DNA of 64,000 bases from an uncultured Lachnospiraceae bacterium (GTDB lineage: Bacteria; Bacillota; Clostridia; Lachnospirales; Lachnospiraceae): contig CALWLM010000118.1 in assembly GCA_944381515.1 (NCBI GenBank), positions 37,137 to 101,136 of the forward strand. The letters run 5' to 3'. Made by a program: the position numbers and the translations under genes. This document shows, piece after piece, positions 36,656 through 45,921 of this stretch. Under the pieces are notes generated by a model. It ran no database searches. It was not told where the DNA came from and saw only the letters and a list, made by a program, of their open reading frames with translations. How positions within the stretch are numbered: position 1 is the stretch's first letter; every line of letters begins with the position of its first letter.

Positions 36656-37300
36656 ATGTCTCTGCGGGAGGCGGTGTATCAGACTCTGCGCAGGGCGATT
36701 TTGACGGATGTGTTTAAACCCGGCGAGCGGCTCATGGAGATGAAGCTGGCGGCTCAGCTGGGAGTGAGCCGTACGCCGGTGAGAGAGGCTATTCATTTGC
36801 TGGAGAAGGAGTCCCTGGTCCGGCAGGTGCCCCGCAGAGGCGTGGTGGTGGCTCAGATCACGCCCAAGCAGCTGCGGGATGTGCTGGAGGTACGCAGCAT
36901 GCTGGAGGAGCTGGCTGTGCAGCTGGCCTGCCGGCGGGCTACGGCAGAGGGCTTTGAGCGATTAAAAAAAGCCGAGGAGGATTTTTCTGCGGCTGTGTAT
37001 GGCAATGCGCCGGTAACGGAGCTGGCGGAGAAGGACGTGGCCTTTCATGATGTGATTTATCAGATGACGGAAAATGACAAGCTGGTGCAGCTGGTGGCCA
37101 ATCTTTGGGAGCAGATTTACCGATACCGGATTGAATATCTGAAGGATGTGAAGGTTCGGGAGGCTCTGGTGGAGGAGCACCGGCAGCTGCTCCATGCTCT
37201 TTGCGAGCGAAATGCAGCCGAGGCGGTTCGTCTGGCCCGCCTTCATATTGCCAATCAGGAATTGACCATAGCCAGACAGCTGGAGGAGGAGAAAAAGTGA
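36656..37300 (+). CDS. GntR-family (FadR/FCD subfamily) transcriptional regulator
   Basis: wHTH (LRRAILTDVFKPGERLMEMKLAAQLGVSRTPVREAIHLLE) and an all-alpha FCD C-domain. The ATG at 36656 is preferred. The track ORF starts further upstream and would overlap ispE. An in-frame TTG at 36623 is an alternative. Confidence 0.8.
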   Translation: MSLREAVYQTLRRAILTDVFKPGERLMEMKLAAQLGVSRTPVREAIHLLEKESLVRQVPRRGVVVAQITPKQLRDVLEVRSMLEELAVQLACRRATAEGFERLKKAEEDFSAAVYGNAPVTELAEKDVAFHDVIYQMTENDKLVQLVANLWEQIYRYRIEYLKDVKVREALVEEHRQLLHALCERNAAEAVRLARLHIANQELTIARQLEEEKK

Positions 37301-37497
37301 CGTTCAGGGAGAAGTATCTGGCCGGAGAGATCGAGTTTGAGGAGATTGATTCCTATGTCAGCCGCTGGGGCTTCGATGATACTACCTGCACGCTGCGGGA
37401 GTATCTGGGCCTTACGGTGGAGGAGGAGACCGCATGGGTCGAGGACAGCGACGAGGCGCTTCAAGAGCTTTTAGACCGGGAGAAGGCCGGGAAATAG
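37296..37497 (+). CDS. hypothetical small acidic protein (67 aa), GTGA start-stop coupled to the GntR gene
   Basis: The GTG at 37296 overlaps the GntR stop. GGAGGAG lies 5 nt upstream. The product is MTFREKYLAGEIEFEEIDSY... Confidence 0.35.
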
Positions 37498-37544
37498 AAA
37501 GTGAAAAAACCGCAGATAAATGAGATAAACATCAGGATGAAAAG

Positions 37545-37600
37545 GAGACGGAGAATCTGCCTGAAAATGGCAGGGGACTCGGTCTCCTTTATTATTATTT
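37545..37600. terminator. bidirectional terminator between the GntR operon and spoIIR
   Basis: Nested hairpin GGAGAC...CTGCC-tgaaaat-GGCAG...GTCTCC followed by TTTATTATTATTT. There is a T-run on the other strand as well. Confidence 0.55.
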
Positions 37601-37646
37601 GTCAGGGGGGCGGGAGGGGCAAAGGGGGGCAGCCCCATCTCTTTGC

Positions 37647-38312
37647 TCAGGAAAAAAGCTCTCCCAGCCATTCCAGGAGCTTGAAGCGCACCACGGGTCT
37701 GCCGGAGTTTTCCAAAACCTCGTAATCCTCCTCGCCCAGGGCCTCCCGCAGCTGTTCCTGGGACTGTTTGGGTACGGAGGCGGTGCCTTCCTCCGTGAAA
37801 CACAGGAGCGGGTAAAGGACGCACCACCAGTTCTGTCCGTCAGCTTCACCGATCTTTACCTGCAGCGCCCGGTAGGAGCCGGCGGGAAAGGTCAGATCCC
37901 CATAGGTTTTATCCGGGAAAGAACACCAGGCAACAGAGGCGGTGACGGGATAATCCTGCCCGGCCTGACGGATTACATCAGCAGCTACCTCCGTCAGTTC
38001 GTTGCAGTGTGAGGCAGCGAAAGCAGCGGCTTCATCGGCGCTGTCAAAAGCTTCGCCGTTCTCGGCCATATAGGCGATAAGGGCGTCGCGCACTTCCAGC
38101 TTCAGAGCCTGATCGGCTTCACTGTCGCTGTTGGCGACGACATGGAAACGCAGCACCTGATCTGCTATGCGGCTGACGTAACCAGCCTGCGTTATGTTGG
38201 AAATCAACAGCCATATAAGGACCGCCAGAAAGCAGACGGCGCTGAAGATACCGGCGATCAGGCCGGCCCGCAGCAGCCGCGGATTTGTATTGGAAAAAGA
38301 AAAATCATTCAT
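37647..38312 (-). CDS. spoIIR: stage II sporulation protein R
   Basis: ...RFHVVANSDSEADQALKLEVRD... and ...NWWCVLYPLLCF... are SpoIIR hallmarks. Signal anchor. Start at the ATG at 38312 (MNDFSF) after AAGAGGA. Confidence 0.7.
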   Translation of the reverse strand: MNDFSFSNTNPRLLRAGLIAGIFSAVCFLAVLIWLLISNITQAGYVSRIADQVLRFHVVANSDSEADQALKLEVRDALIAYMAENGEAFDSADEAAAFAASHCNELTEVAADVIRQAGQDYPVTASVAWCSFPDKTYGDLTFPAGSYRALQVKIGEADGQNWWCVLYPLLCFTEEGTASVPKQSQEQLREALGEEDYEVLENSGRPVVRFKLLEWLGELFS

Positions 38313-38507
38313 GATACCATCCTCTTTGTCATAAGCTCTTAAGGAGAGCATTGCCAAATTGGCGCGTCTTATTCAGCCATACTTGAAAATAGGCGCGAAA
38401 GGAAGTAAAATAAAACAGACTTCGATAGAAGGCCGGTCTTGGCCCCGGTAATGGCCGGCTGCTCTCAGACGAGACGGTATATAACTGTATGGAGAAAAGG
38501 AGTTTTT

Positions 38508-39563
38508 GTGGAAAAAACCAGATTGTTGATATTGTTCGGCGGTCAGTCGGCAGAGCACGAGGTGTCCTGCCGTTCTGCCGTTACGGTGATCCGGGCAGTG
38601 AATCCGGAGAAATATGAGCTGCTGCTGGTGGGAATTACCAAGGAGGGACGCTGGGTAAAGACGGACAATGCAGACCAGATCGAGAAGAATTGCTGGCAGA
38701 CCGGCAAAACCTCAGCGGTGCTTTCGCCGGACGCTTCCTGCCGCGGCGTCTGGCTGATGGACGGAAAGAAGATGCAGTTTTGGCCGGTGGACGCAGCATT
38801 TCCGGTGCTGCACGGCTGGCTGGGAGAGGACGGGAGCGTTCAGGGGATTTTTGAACTGGCCCGCATTCCCTATGTAGGCTGCGGCGTTCTGTCGTCGGCC
38901 ATCGCCATGGACAAAGTATTTACAAAGCGAATTGTAGAGGGGCTGGGGATTCGTCAGGCGGCCTATGTGGTTCTGCATAGAAGACAGCTCTCCGATATGG
39001 ACCGGGCCATAGGGCAGGTAGAGGATAAGCTTTCCTACCCTGTCTTTGTAAAGCCCTCCTGCTCCGGGTCCTCCCGCGGCGTCAGCCAGGCGAAAAACCG
39101 GGCGGAACTTAGAGAAAGTCTCATGCTGGCTGCTGGCTACGACCGCAAGCTTCTGGTGGAGGAGACGATCACAGGGCGGGAGCTGGAGTGCGCCGTGCTG
39201 GGCGGGGAGGAGCCCAGGGCCTCCGGTGTGGGAGAGATTCTGTCTGCGGCCGCCTTCTATGATTATGACGCCAAGTATAATAATCCCCAATCCCGTACGG
39301 TGGCAGACCCGCAGCTGCCGGGGGATGCAGCCGCGCAGATCCGGCGGGATGCTGTGGAGATATTCCGCGCCGTGGACGGCTGGGGAATGGCCAGGGTGGA
39401 CTTCTTTCTGGAGGAGGCCACCGGCCAGGTGGTTTTCAATGAAATGAATACCATACCGGGATTTACCTCCATCAGCATGTATCCCTTTTTGTGGGAGTCC
39501 AGAGGCTTGTCGGTGGAAAATCTGGTGGAGCGTCTGATTCGTCTGGCCTTTGCCAGGGAATAG
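38508..39563 (+). CDS. ddl: D-alanine--D-alanine ligase
   Basis: TRLLILFGGQSAEHEVS N-terminus and an ATP-grasp core. GTG start at 38508 after AAAGGAG. Confidence 0.85.
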   Translation: MEKTRLLILFGGQSAEHEVSCRSAVTVIRAVNPEKYELLLVGITKEGRWVKTDNADQIEKNCWQTGKTSAVLSPDASCRGVWLMDGKKMQFWPVDAAFPVLHGWLGEDGSVQGIFELARIPYVGCGVLSSAIAMDKVFTKRIVEGLGIRQAAYVVLHRRQLSDMDRAIGQVEDKLSYPVFVKPSCSGSSRGVSQAKNRAELRESLMLAAGYDRKLLVEETITGRELECAVLGGEEPRASGVGEILSAAAFYDYDAKYNNPQSRTVADPQLPGDAAAQIRRDAVEIFRAVDGWGMARVDFFLEEATGQVVFNEMNTIPGFTSISMYPFLWESRGLSVENLVERLIRLAFARE

Positions 39564-39660
39564 GGAGACTTTATAGAATTTATTGAGGAAAAACTTTTCT
39601 ATTTATGCTATTTAAGAGAATTTGGGTGCGGCAGAATGCAGCTGCCAGGGAGTGAGAAAG

Positions 39661-40548
39661 ATGGAGAGAGATTTTACAGCGGATAAGAACGCCCCGGTGG
39701 GGGTATTTGATTCCGGCGTGGGCGGCCTGACTGTGGTTCGTGAAATTATGCGCCAGATACCCGGTGAGGATATTATTTATTTTGGAGACACGGCCCGCGT
39801 GCCTTATGGAAGCAAGTCCAAGGCTACGATAATTCGTTATTCCCGCCAGATCGTCAATTTCCTGCGGACCAAAAAGGTCAAGGCCATTGTCATAGCCTGT
39901 AATACGGCCAGCGCGCAGGCCCTTCAGGTTATTGAGGCGGAGCAGGATATTCCCGTGCTGGGGGTTATAGGCGCCGGCGCCAGGATGGCGGCTCAGGTGA
40001 CCAAAAATAATCGGATCGGCGTCATCGCCACGCGGGGAACCATCGACTCCGGCGTCTATGGACAGGTCCTTCACGGACTGGACCCACGTTTTCAGGTGTT
40101 TGGAAAGGCCTGCCCGCTGTTTGTGCCGCTGGTGGAGGAAGGTCTGACCCATGATTTTATCACCGAGGAGATTGCCCGGCGCTATGTGAAGGATCTGCAA
40201 TATAAGGATATTGACACGCTGATTTTGGGCTGTACCCATTATCCCCTGCTTCGTACGCTGCTGCGAAAGGTGATGGGGCCTGGCGTCACGCTGGTTAATC
40301 CTGCCTATGAGACGGCTATCGAGCTCAAAGAGCTGCTCAGAGAACGGGGGCTGGCCAGGGACGAGCGTTTGGACGGACAAGCCGACTACCGCTTTTATGT
40401 AAGCGATCTGGCGGATCAGTTTCAGGAATTTGCCGCTTCGATTCTGCCCTATGATATTCATCAGACCGAGCAGATCGATATTGAGGAATACGGCACGCTG
40501 CGGGAAGAAACGAGGGAGGAGAGCCATGACCCGGAAGGTAAGGATTGA
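39661..40548 (+). CDS. murI: glutamate racemase
   Basis: VGVFDSGVGGLTV and GCTHYPLL catalytic cysteine motifs. Confidence 0.85.
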   Translation: MERDFTADKNAPVGVFDSGVGGLTVVREIMRQIPGEDIIYFGDTARVPYGSKSKATIIRYSRQIVNFLRTKKVKAIVIACNTASAQALQVIEAEQDIPVLGVIGAGARMAAQVTKNNRIGVIATRGTIDSGVYGQVLHGLDPRFQVFGKACPLFVPLVEEGLTHDFITEEIARRYVKDLQYKDIDTLILGCTHYPLLRTLLRKVMGPGVTLVNPAYETAIELKELLRERGLARDERLDGQADYRFYVSDLADQFQEFAASILPYDIHQTEQIDIEEYGTLREETREESHDPEGKD

Positions 40549-40972
40549 GACCGCCGGAGTGCAGACGTGGGCCGGCCGGGACGAGGCCGGCGAGATAATC
40601 GAAGAAAAGGAAGAAACCATAACGACAGCCGAGGGAACCTGGTCCGTACAAAATGGCAGGGATTTTCTGCTCTATGACGAGGAGACACAGGACGGCACGG
40701 TGCGCACGATGATCAAGCTTTCCCCCGAAAAAATGGAGGTGATAAGAAGCGGCGCGGTCCGTTCCCGCCTGGAGCTGGAGCCGGGCAGGATCTGTGAGAC
40801 CTGGTATAATTTGCCCGCCGGAAGGCTGGCTTTGAAAATTCACACGACAGGACTGGAGGCAGTAAGAGAGAATGGCTGTCTTCGGATGGTCCGCGCAGAG
40901 TACAGGCTTATCTGGGGAGATGGGATGGAAGTGAGCTGCCGCCTGGAGGTACGGGTGCTGTCAGAAGCATAA
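40526..40972 (+). CDS. DUF1934 (YwiB-like) beta-barrel protein
   Basis: The ATG at 40526 (GGAGGAG RBS) overlaps the murI stop by 23 nt. ~148 aa with a Glu-rich N-terminal half, typical of the family. Confidence 0.4.
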   Translation: MTRKVRIETAGVQTWAGRDEAGEIIEEKEETITTAEGTWSVQNGRDFLLYDEETQDGTVRTMIKLSPEKMEVIRSGAVRSRLELEPGRICETWYNLPAGRLALKIHTTGLEAVRENGCLRMVRAEYRLIWGDGMEVSCRLEVRVLSEA

Positions 40973-41007
40973 AGCGCTGATAAAAATGTGATAGGAAAGA
41001 TAAAAAA

Positions 41008-41051
41008 GGACGGCTTGCGCAGCTGCTTGTACTGCGAAGCCGTCTGTTTTT
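41008..41051. terminator. rho-independent terminator
   Basis: GGACGGCTTGCGCAG...CTGCGAAGCCGTC followed by TGTTTTT. An A-run lies upstream. Confidence 0.6.
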
Positions 41052-41150
41052 AATGAAATCGAGAAATTTCCCCGGCTGAACCTGGGTGACCTGGGCGAAT
41101 CTGGCCGGGCTTGCTGTCCGGCGATATCCGCGGCGGCGAACCGGCCGGAT

Positions 41151-41693
41151 TTATTCGGAGGCCAGGCTGTACTCGATGGAGGTTATCTCATCGTTCTCGA
41201 TGATGAAGGACAGCTTTACGCTGCCTTTTACATAGGTGTAAGCATTACCGCTCTGCGTATAATCCTCACCGTAAGCGGCGGTCATATCGGCAGTCGTCAT
41301 GTAAAGGGACACGCCCTCGGGGGTAGATGCCAGGTCGTCCCGCAGGGCGATGGTGGAAATTTCATTGACGCCGTCGGCATTGGGGATGGTGACGATCTCC
41401 ACGCTGCCGTAAGTATAGGTGTAGTCGGTGCCCTGTCCGGCGCAGCTGGGGGCGCTGAATACGTTATCCGTCTCGCCGACTGCGCTGATCATATCATCCT
41501 GAGCCATGCCGGGTACCAGCTTCTGGCCGTTGAGCTCAAAGTAAAAGCCTTCGTCCGCCGCAGCCGCAGCCGTGGTCTCGCTTCCGCCGGCAGCCGTGGT
41601 AGAGGTATTGGAATCTCCGCCGCAGCCTACAGCCAGGAGAGCGGACAGGCACAGTATCAGCGCACAGGCAGTTAATTTCTTTTTCATTACCAT
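41151..41693 (-). CDS. hypothetical lipoprotein
   Basis: Lipobox LAVGC, a Thr/Ala-rich linker, then a ~130-aa domain. AGGAG lies 6 nt before the ATG at 41693. Confidence 0.5.
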   Translation of the reverse strand: MVMKKKLTACALILCLSALLAVGCGGDSNTSTTAAGGSETTAAAAADEGFYFELNGQKLVPGMAQDDMISAVGETDNVFSAPSCAGQGTDYTYTYGSVEIVTIPNADGVNEISTIALRDDLASTPEGVSLYMTTADMTAAYGEDYTQSGNAYTYVKGSVKLSFIIENDEITSIEYSLASE

Positions 41694-41886
41694 TAAATCT
41701 CCTTCCTTTTGAAAAAGCAATCATTCAAAATTTTCATCGTCTAGTTTAGCGCATTTTGATGGAAGAAGCAAGCCCTCTTTTGACAAAGAGAGGATAGCTT
41801 TAAGCGAGAACGGGATTACATCTTCTGTATGCAGGACGTAAGGAATATAAGTTTGTTTTTCGTACAATAGATTGCTTTTCTTGTTC

Positions 41887-42563
41887 TCATCCCGCTTTTA
41901 TATAGGCCTGGGCCTCGTCGCGGGACAGATGGAAAGTCAAAATCAATTCTTCTGCAATTTTGCTGTCGGAGCAGCCGGCCCTGCGCAGCATCGCGATTGC
42001 CCCTGCTATTCCTGCCCGCAAGCCTTCTTCCCGTCCTTTTTCTTGACCTTCTTTGCGTCCTTCTTCCCGTCCCTGGAGAAGACCTTTTTCCTCACCCTGC
42101 TTAATATAACGATCCAGCAGTTCACACATAGTGATTCCTCCTTCCTGTTTCAGAAATTCATTGGCTAGGATATCCAGATATCGTTTATCCTTGGTGAGTT
42201 CGGCCAAAAGCCGAAGCACCTCAGATACATGTTTTAGCTTGTGGGCTGAGAAAGCTGTTCCCTTTTGCACACTGCGGAAATATTCTGCCACAGCGCGAAA
42301 ATCGCTGTGAAAGCAGGAAATCTGTTCATCGGACAGGAAGGCCATCTCGAAGAGATTCATCTGATAATCATTTACATAGGGCTTTAACCGATCTTCTATC
42401 GGGATGGCTTCACTCAGTTTTCTTGCCTTTTGCCAGTGGGCCCGTCCTCCAATTGATCTTCCGCAATCAGTTTTTCACCGGAAAAAAGCAGAGTATTTAC
42501 AATATCTGCGAAAACATCGTTGTAGGATTCCAGGCGTTTTTCAGCAATATCTTTTTGTCCCAT
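41887..42563 (-). pseudogene. remnant of an Rpn/YhgA-family (PD-(D/E)XK) recombination-promoting nuclease / putative transposase gene with an internal deletion and frame break
   Basis: An N-terminal fragment (MGQKDIAEKRLESYNDVFADIVNTLLFSGEKLI...) ends at a stop. A second ORF carries only the family's C-terminal region with EGR/EKG repeats (...GREEGRKEGQEKGREEGLRAG...). The catalytic core in between is missing. Confidence 0.4.
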
Positions 42564-42649
42564 TTTACTTTTGTACCTCTTTCCGGCAGAACCGCAAAGG
42601 GCTCTGCCTATAGTATATCCCATCGGGTGTTGTTTTTCAATTTGCTTTT

Positions 42650-42956
42650 GAGAGGAATGCGTGGGGTGGATGCGTGATGTATGAAATGATGCATGAAACA
42701 ATGCGCAAAGAAGTGCGCAAAGAAATATAGAAAACAAGAAAGAACCTGAAAACAGAAAATTGAGGAAATAAAAAACGAGAAAAAGAGAAGAAAATAACGA
42801 GAAAACAAACAGGGCGAAACAGGAGAGCCGGAAAGCAATAAGAAAGAGAAATAGAAACAGAAATCAAAGTAGAAATAAAAGTAGAAGTAAAAGTAAAATC
42901 AGATGTGAAAACAGAAGAAAAAGAAATGGGAGCAGGAAGGAGGCGCAGGGAAAGCA
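42650..42956 (+). repeat. ~300-bp polypurine (A/G) low-complexity tract with degenerate short tandem units
   Basis: Almost exclusively A/G on the plus strand (for example gtagaaataaaa gtagaagtaaaa gtaaaatcag; tgcgcaaagaag tgcgcaaagaaa). No credible ORF. Confidence 0.5.
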
Positions 42957-42968
42957 GCCTCCCTTCCT
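42905..42968 (-). terminator. rho-independent terminator of the Dlt-like operon
   Basis: AGGAAGGAGGC-N12-GCCTCCCTTCCT hairpin, followed on the minus strand by CATTTCTTTTTCTTCTGTTTTC. Confidence 0.55.
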
Positions 42969-43044
42969 GTCCGATAAGATCATTTTAGCATATCGTTGGT
43001 TTGCATTGCAAGTTTTATGTTTTATATTCCCTTATATTCCCCGA

Positions 43045-44085
43045 CTAATTTCCGGCGGCGATCTCCGCCTCCTGACGGGCCTTATCCTCCTGATACCAGA
43101 GGGCCTTTTCCTGCCAGGCAGCCTCCAGAGCCTCTTCTCCGCGGCGGCTCTCCAGGCCGCACTGATCCCGCAGGATGGCTCCGAAGTAGTGGGACAGCTT
43201 TTCTGCTCCCGACAGATTCAGATGGAGCCCGCCGTCGTAGGTGTCGGTCTGAAAATCCAGCCCGGCCTCGTCGGCCTGATCCAGAAGATTTACATAGAGA
43301 AGATCATGCTCGTTGGCATAATCGACGATCTGAGCATCCCACTCGTCGTACCAGTAAGGGTAAAGGCTGGGCGCCTTGACCAGCACCAGCTGGATGCCGT
43401 TTTCCTCGCAGAGGATGCGGATCTTGTCCAGATATTCCATCTGCGCAGCGTCGATGGTATAATCTCCCAGAGGTCTTCCCTCCGGTACGTTTTCGGCGGG
43501 AAGGGAATCCACCCGCATATAGTAGCCGTTGTGGGAGACCAGATCCCGGTGGAAGAGATAGGTGAAATCATCCGCCGTCAGCTCCGTGATCCGGGAATGG
43601 TAACGCAGCAGAGGAAATACATAGTCGAGGAAGGATTCCTCCTCTGTCATGGAATCCAGAATGGCGTTTACCTTGGAAAGGGACCAGCGCATGCCATCCA
43701 GAGTCATCCGGTTGTAGGATTCCCTGGGAGCCTCGTTGTAGGGAACAGCCAGAACGCTGAAGACCACCACGTCGGGAGTCTCGTAACGCAGGGTATCCTC
43801 CAGAATATAATAGGACTGGCTCACCAGCTGCTGAGCGCTGCCCCGGATATAGCTGTTGATTCCGTATTCCTCCCACAGCACCATGGGGGAGAAGTTCTCA
43901 TAGACCTCGCAGTCTCCCAGGAAGATCACGTCGTGATCCTTTTCTTCATCGTAGTATTCGGCGATAAAGTTGCCTTCCACCACATCGTCCATATATTTAG
44001 GCATAACCAGGCGCTGCAAGAGATACAGGCTGCCGGCGATAAACAGTATTATGACGACGGCGGACAAAAACTTTTTCTTTTTCAT
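43045..44085 (-). CDS. signal-anchored SGNH-like (AlgX/AlgJ/DltD-analogous) protein, predicted extracytoplasmic acyl/aminoacyl transferase
   Basis: N-terminal TM (FLSAVVIILFIAGSLYLL). C-terminal block DGGLHLNLSG resembles the SGNH D-x-x-H block. The N-terminal block reads FLGDCEV instead of GDS. It is the last gene of the operon with the MBOAT. Confidence 0.5.
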   Translation of the reverse strand: MKKKKFLSAVVIILFIAGSLYLLQRLVMPKYMDDVVEGNFIAEYYDEEKDHDVIFLGDCEVYENFSPMVLWEEYGINSYIRGSAQQLVSQSYYILEDTLRYETPDVVVFSVLAVPYNEAPRESYNRMTLDGMRWSLSKVNAILDSMTEEESFLDYVFPLLRYHSRITELTADDFTYLFHRDLVSHNGYYMRVDSLPAENVPEGRPLGDYTIDAAQMEYLDKIRILCEENGIQLVLVKAPSLYPYWYDEWDAQIVDYANEHDLLYVNLLDQADEAGLDFQTDTYDGGLHLNLSGAEKLSHYFGAILRDQCGLESRRGEEALEAAWQEKALWYQEDKARQEAEIAAGN

Positions 44086-44096
44086 GGCCGTCCTCC

Positions 44097-45686
44097 TTAA
44101 AACTGATTGTAGATGAACTGGGTGGCGTCATAGCCGATGCCGTAAGCGCCAAACAGAATCACGATGAGGAACAGGCCATACCAAGCAATAACGCGCACCG
44201 GCAGGGCGCGGGCGGCGATGAGACCGCGCACGGACTGGCCTTTTTCCTGAATCCGGCTGATGATAAAGACCAGAATCAGAGATACCAGGAGAATCCAGTA
44301 ATCTACAGCGGACAGGCCGATGGCAAGCAGGCTTCCATCCCAGAATACCGAGAGACGGAAGGATGTAAACATGCTGACAAAAGAGCGGACCACAGTGGAG
44401 ACGCTGTCATAATAGTCAAACATGCACAGAAGGCTTACGAACAAGAAGGTACGGACCATTCGAAAGCTATTCCACAGAGCATTTTTTTCCAGCCGGGGGA
44501 AACGCTCGTAGAAGCGCCGGTAGGAAGGCTCCAGCTCCTGGGACAAAAGCAGAAAGAAGCCGTTTAACAGCCCCCAGACAACGAAGTTCCAGCTGGCGCC
44601 ATGCCAGATGCCGGTGGACAGCCACACGGTCATGGTGGCGGTGTAGACAGTGAAACGGCGGCTTAAGCCCTCGTGGCCGGCGGCCTTCATCTTCTTGGCC
44701 CGGGCCAGCATGGCAGGACTGGTGGAAATCGGATAGAACAGATAGTCCTTAAACCAGTTGCACAGAGATATATGCCAGCGGTGCCAGTAGTCCTTCAGAC
44801 TCTTGGAGAAATAGGGCCGCTTGAAGTTTTCCGGCAGGGTGATGCCCAGGGCCTGGGAAAGACCGATGACGATATCGATACCGCCGGAAAAATCCATATA
44901 CAGATCGATGGCATAAAAGATCATGCCGACGAAAACGTAAGCTCCGGTATAGGCGGACGGGTCGCCGGATATGGTGGTCAGGCCGGCGATAATCCGGTCT
45001 GCTATGACCATCTTTTTGAAGTATCCGTAGAGCATCCGCTGCAGGCCGAAGGATACCTGCCTGCCATCGAAGGGATGACTGGCATAGAGGTCCTTTGACA
45101 GAGAGCCAAAACGGCTGATGGGGCCCTGGATCAGCTGCGGGAAAAAGGAGACGAACAGAGAAAACTTAAAGAAATTTCTCTCCGGCTCGTATTCTCCCCG
45201 GTACAGATCAATCAGATACCCCATGGTCTGGAAGGTGTAAAAGGAAATGCCCAGGGGAAGAGTCAGCTGAAAGAACAGATCTTCCCCGGAGGCTCCGAAA
45301 AGGCCGCTTATGTTGGAGACAACAAAGTTTCCATATTTGATGACGCCCAGAATGCCGAAATTGAACAGCAGGGCGAATATCAGCCAGGCCTTTTGCTTTT
45401 TCTTGACCGCAGCCTTGTAGGCTTTCTTTTCCTCGCGGCTGAGCTCATCCTTATGCAGCTTAAGCCTTGCGTCCTGCCTGCGCTTAAGCTCCCAGATCCG
45501 CAGAGACACAAAGTAAGCGCAGATCGTGGTGGACAGGATATAGCCCAGGTATTTGACTCCGGAAAAGCAGTAAAAGGCGTAACTGGCAATAAGCAGCAGG
45601 GCCCACTGCCACCGGCGCGGAATCACATAATAGAGAATAAGCAGCAGTCCGGCAAAAAGCAGAAAGCTGTAGGAGGTGATGGACAT
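44097..45686 (-). CDS. MBOAT-family membrane O-acyltransferase (AlgI/DltB-like, long form)
   Basis: ...FYTFQTMGYLIDLYRG... and the conserved His region (WHRWHISL). 529 aa, polytopic. Confidence 0.8.
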   Translation of the reverse strand: MSITSYSFLLFAGLLLILYYVIPRRWQWALLLIASYAFYCFSGVKYLGYILSTTICAYFVSLRIWELKRRQDARLKLHKDELSREEKKAYKAAVKKKQKAWLIFALLFNFGILGVIKYGNFVVSNISGLFGASGEDLFFQLTLPLGISFYTFQTMGYLIDLYRGEYEPERNFFKFSLFVSFFPQLIQGPISRFGSLSKDLYASHPFDGRQVSFGLQRMLYGYFKKMVIADRIIAGLTTISGDPSAYTGAYVFVGMIFYAIDLYMDFSGGIDIVIGLSQALGITLPENFKRPYFSKSLKDYWHRWHISLCNWFKDYLFYPISTSPAMLARAKKMKAAGHEGLSRRFTVYTATMTVWLSTGIWHGASWNFVVWGLLNGFFLLLSQELEPSYRRFYERFPRLEKNALWNSFRMVRTFLFVSLLCMFDYYDSVSTVVRSFVSMFTSFRLSVFWDGSLLAIGLSAVDYWILLVSLILVFIISRIQEKGQSVRGLIAARALPVRVIAWYGLFLIVILFGAYGIGYDATQFIYNQF

Positions 45687-45688
45687 GC

Positions 45689-45919
45689 TTATTCCTCATC
45701 TTCCAGGCGCTCGATCAGAGCCCACAGGGCCTGAGCCGAGTTGAAATTCTCCGGGATAATATCCTTGGCGGAAATGTTTACGTCAAACTCATTGTTGATT
45801 TCCGCGATCAGAGAGACGATGTCGAAGGAGTCCAGGATCTCGTCGTCGATCAGCGTATCGCAGGTCTCAAAGTCCACATCGGGGTGCAGGTCGTTTAAAA
45901 TCTCCAATAAGGTATCCAT
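45689..45919 (-). CDS. DltC-like aminoacyl/acyl carrier protein
   Basis: 76 aa. ...DEILDSFDIVSLIAEINNEFDV... parallels the DltC phosphopantetheine-Ser region (...LLDSFGTVELLLAIENRFDI...). Confidence 0.7.
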   Translation of the reverse strand: MDTLLEILNDLHPDVDFETCDTLIDDEILDSFDIVSLIAEINNEFDVNISAKDIIPENFNSAQALWALIERLEDEE

Positions 45920-45921
45920 AG

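Noticed and set aside
42650-42956. CRISPR array or coding repeat in the polypurine tract
   Set aside because: It has no regularly spaced direct repeats with unique spacers and no cas genes. Its units are degenerate and A/G only. No ORF has a start context.
43006-44100. 364-aa plus-strand ORF
   Set aside because: It is antisense to the signal-anchored SGNH-like gene that closes the Dlt-like operon. The minus-strand product has a TM anchor and a terminator, whereas the plus ORF has neither an RBS nor homology.
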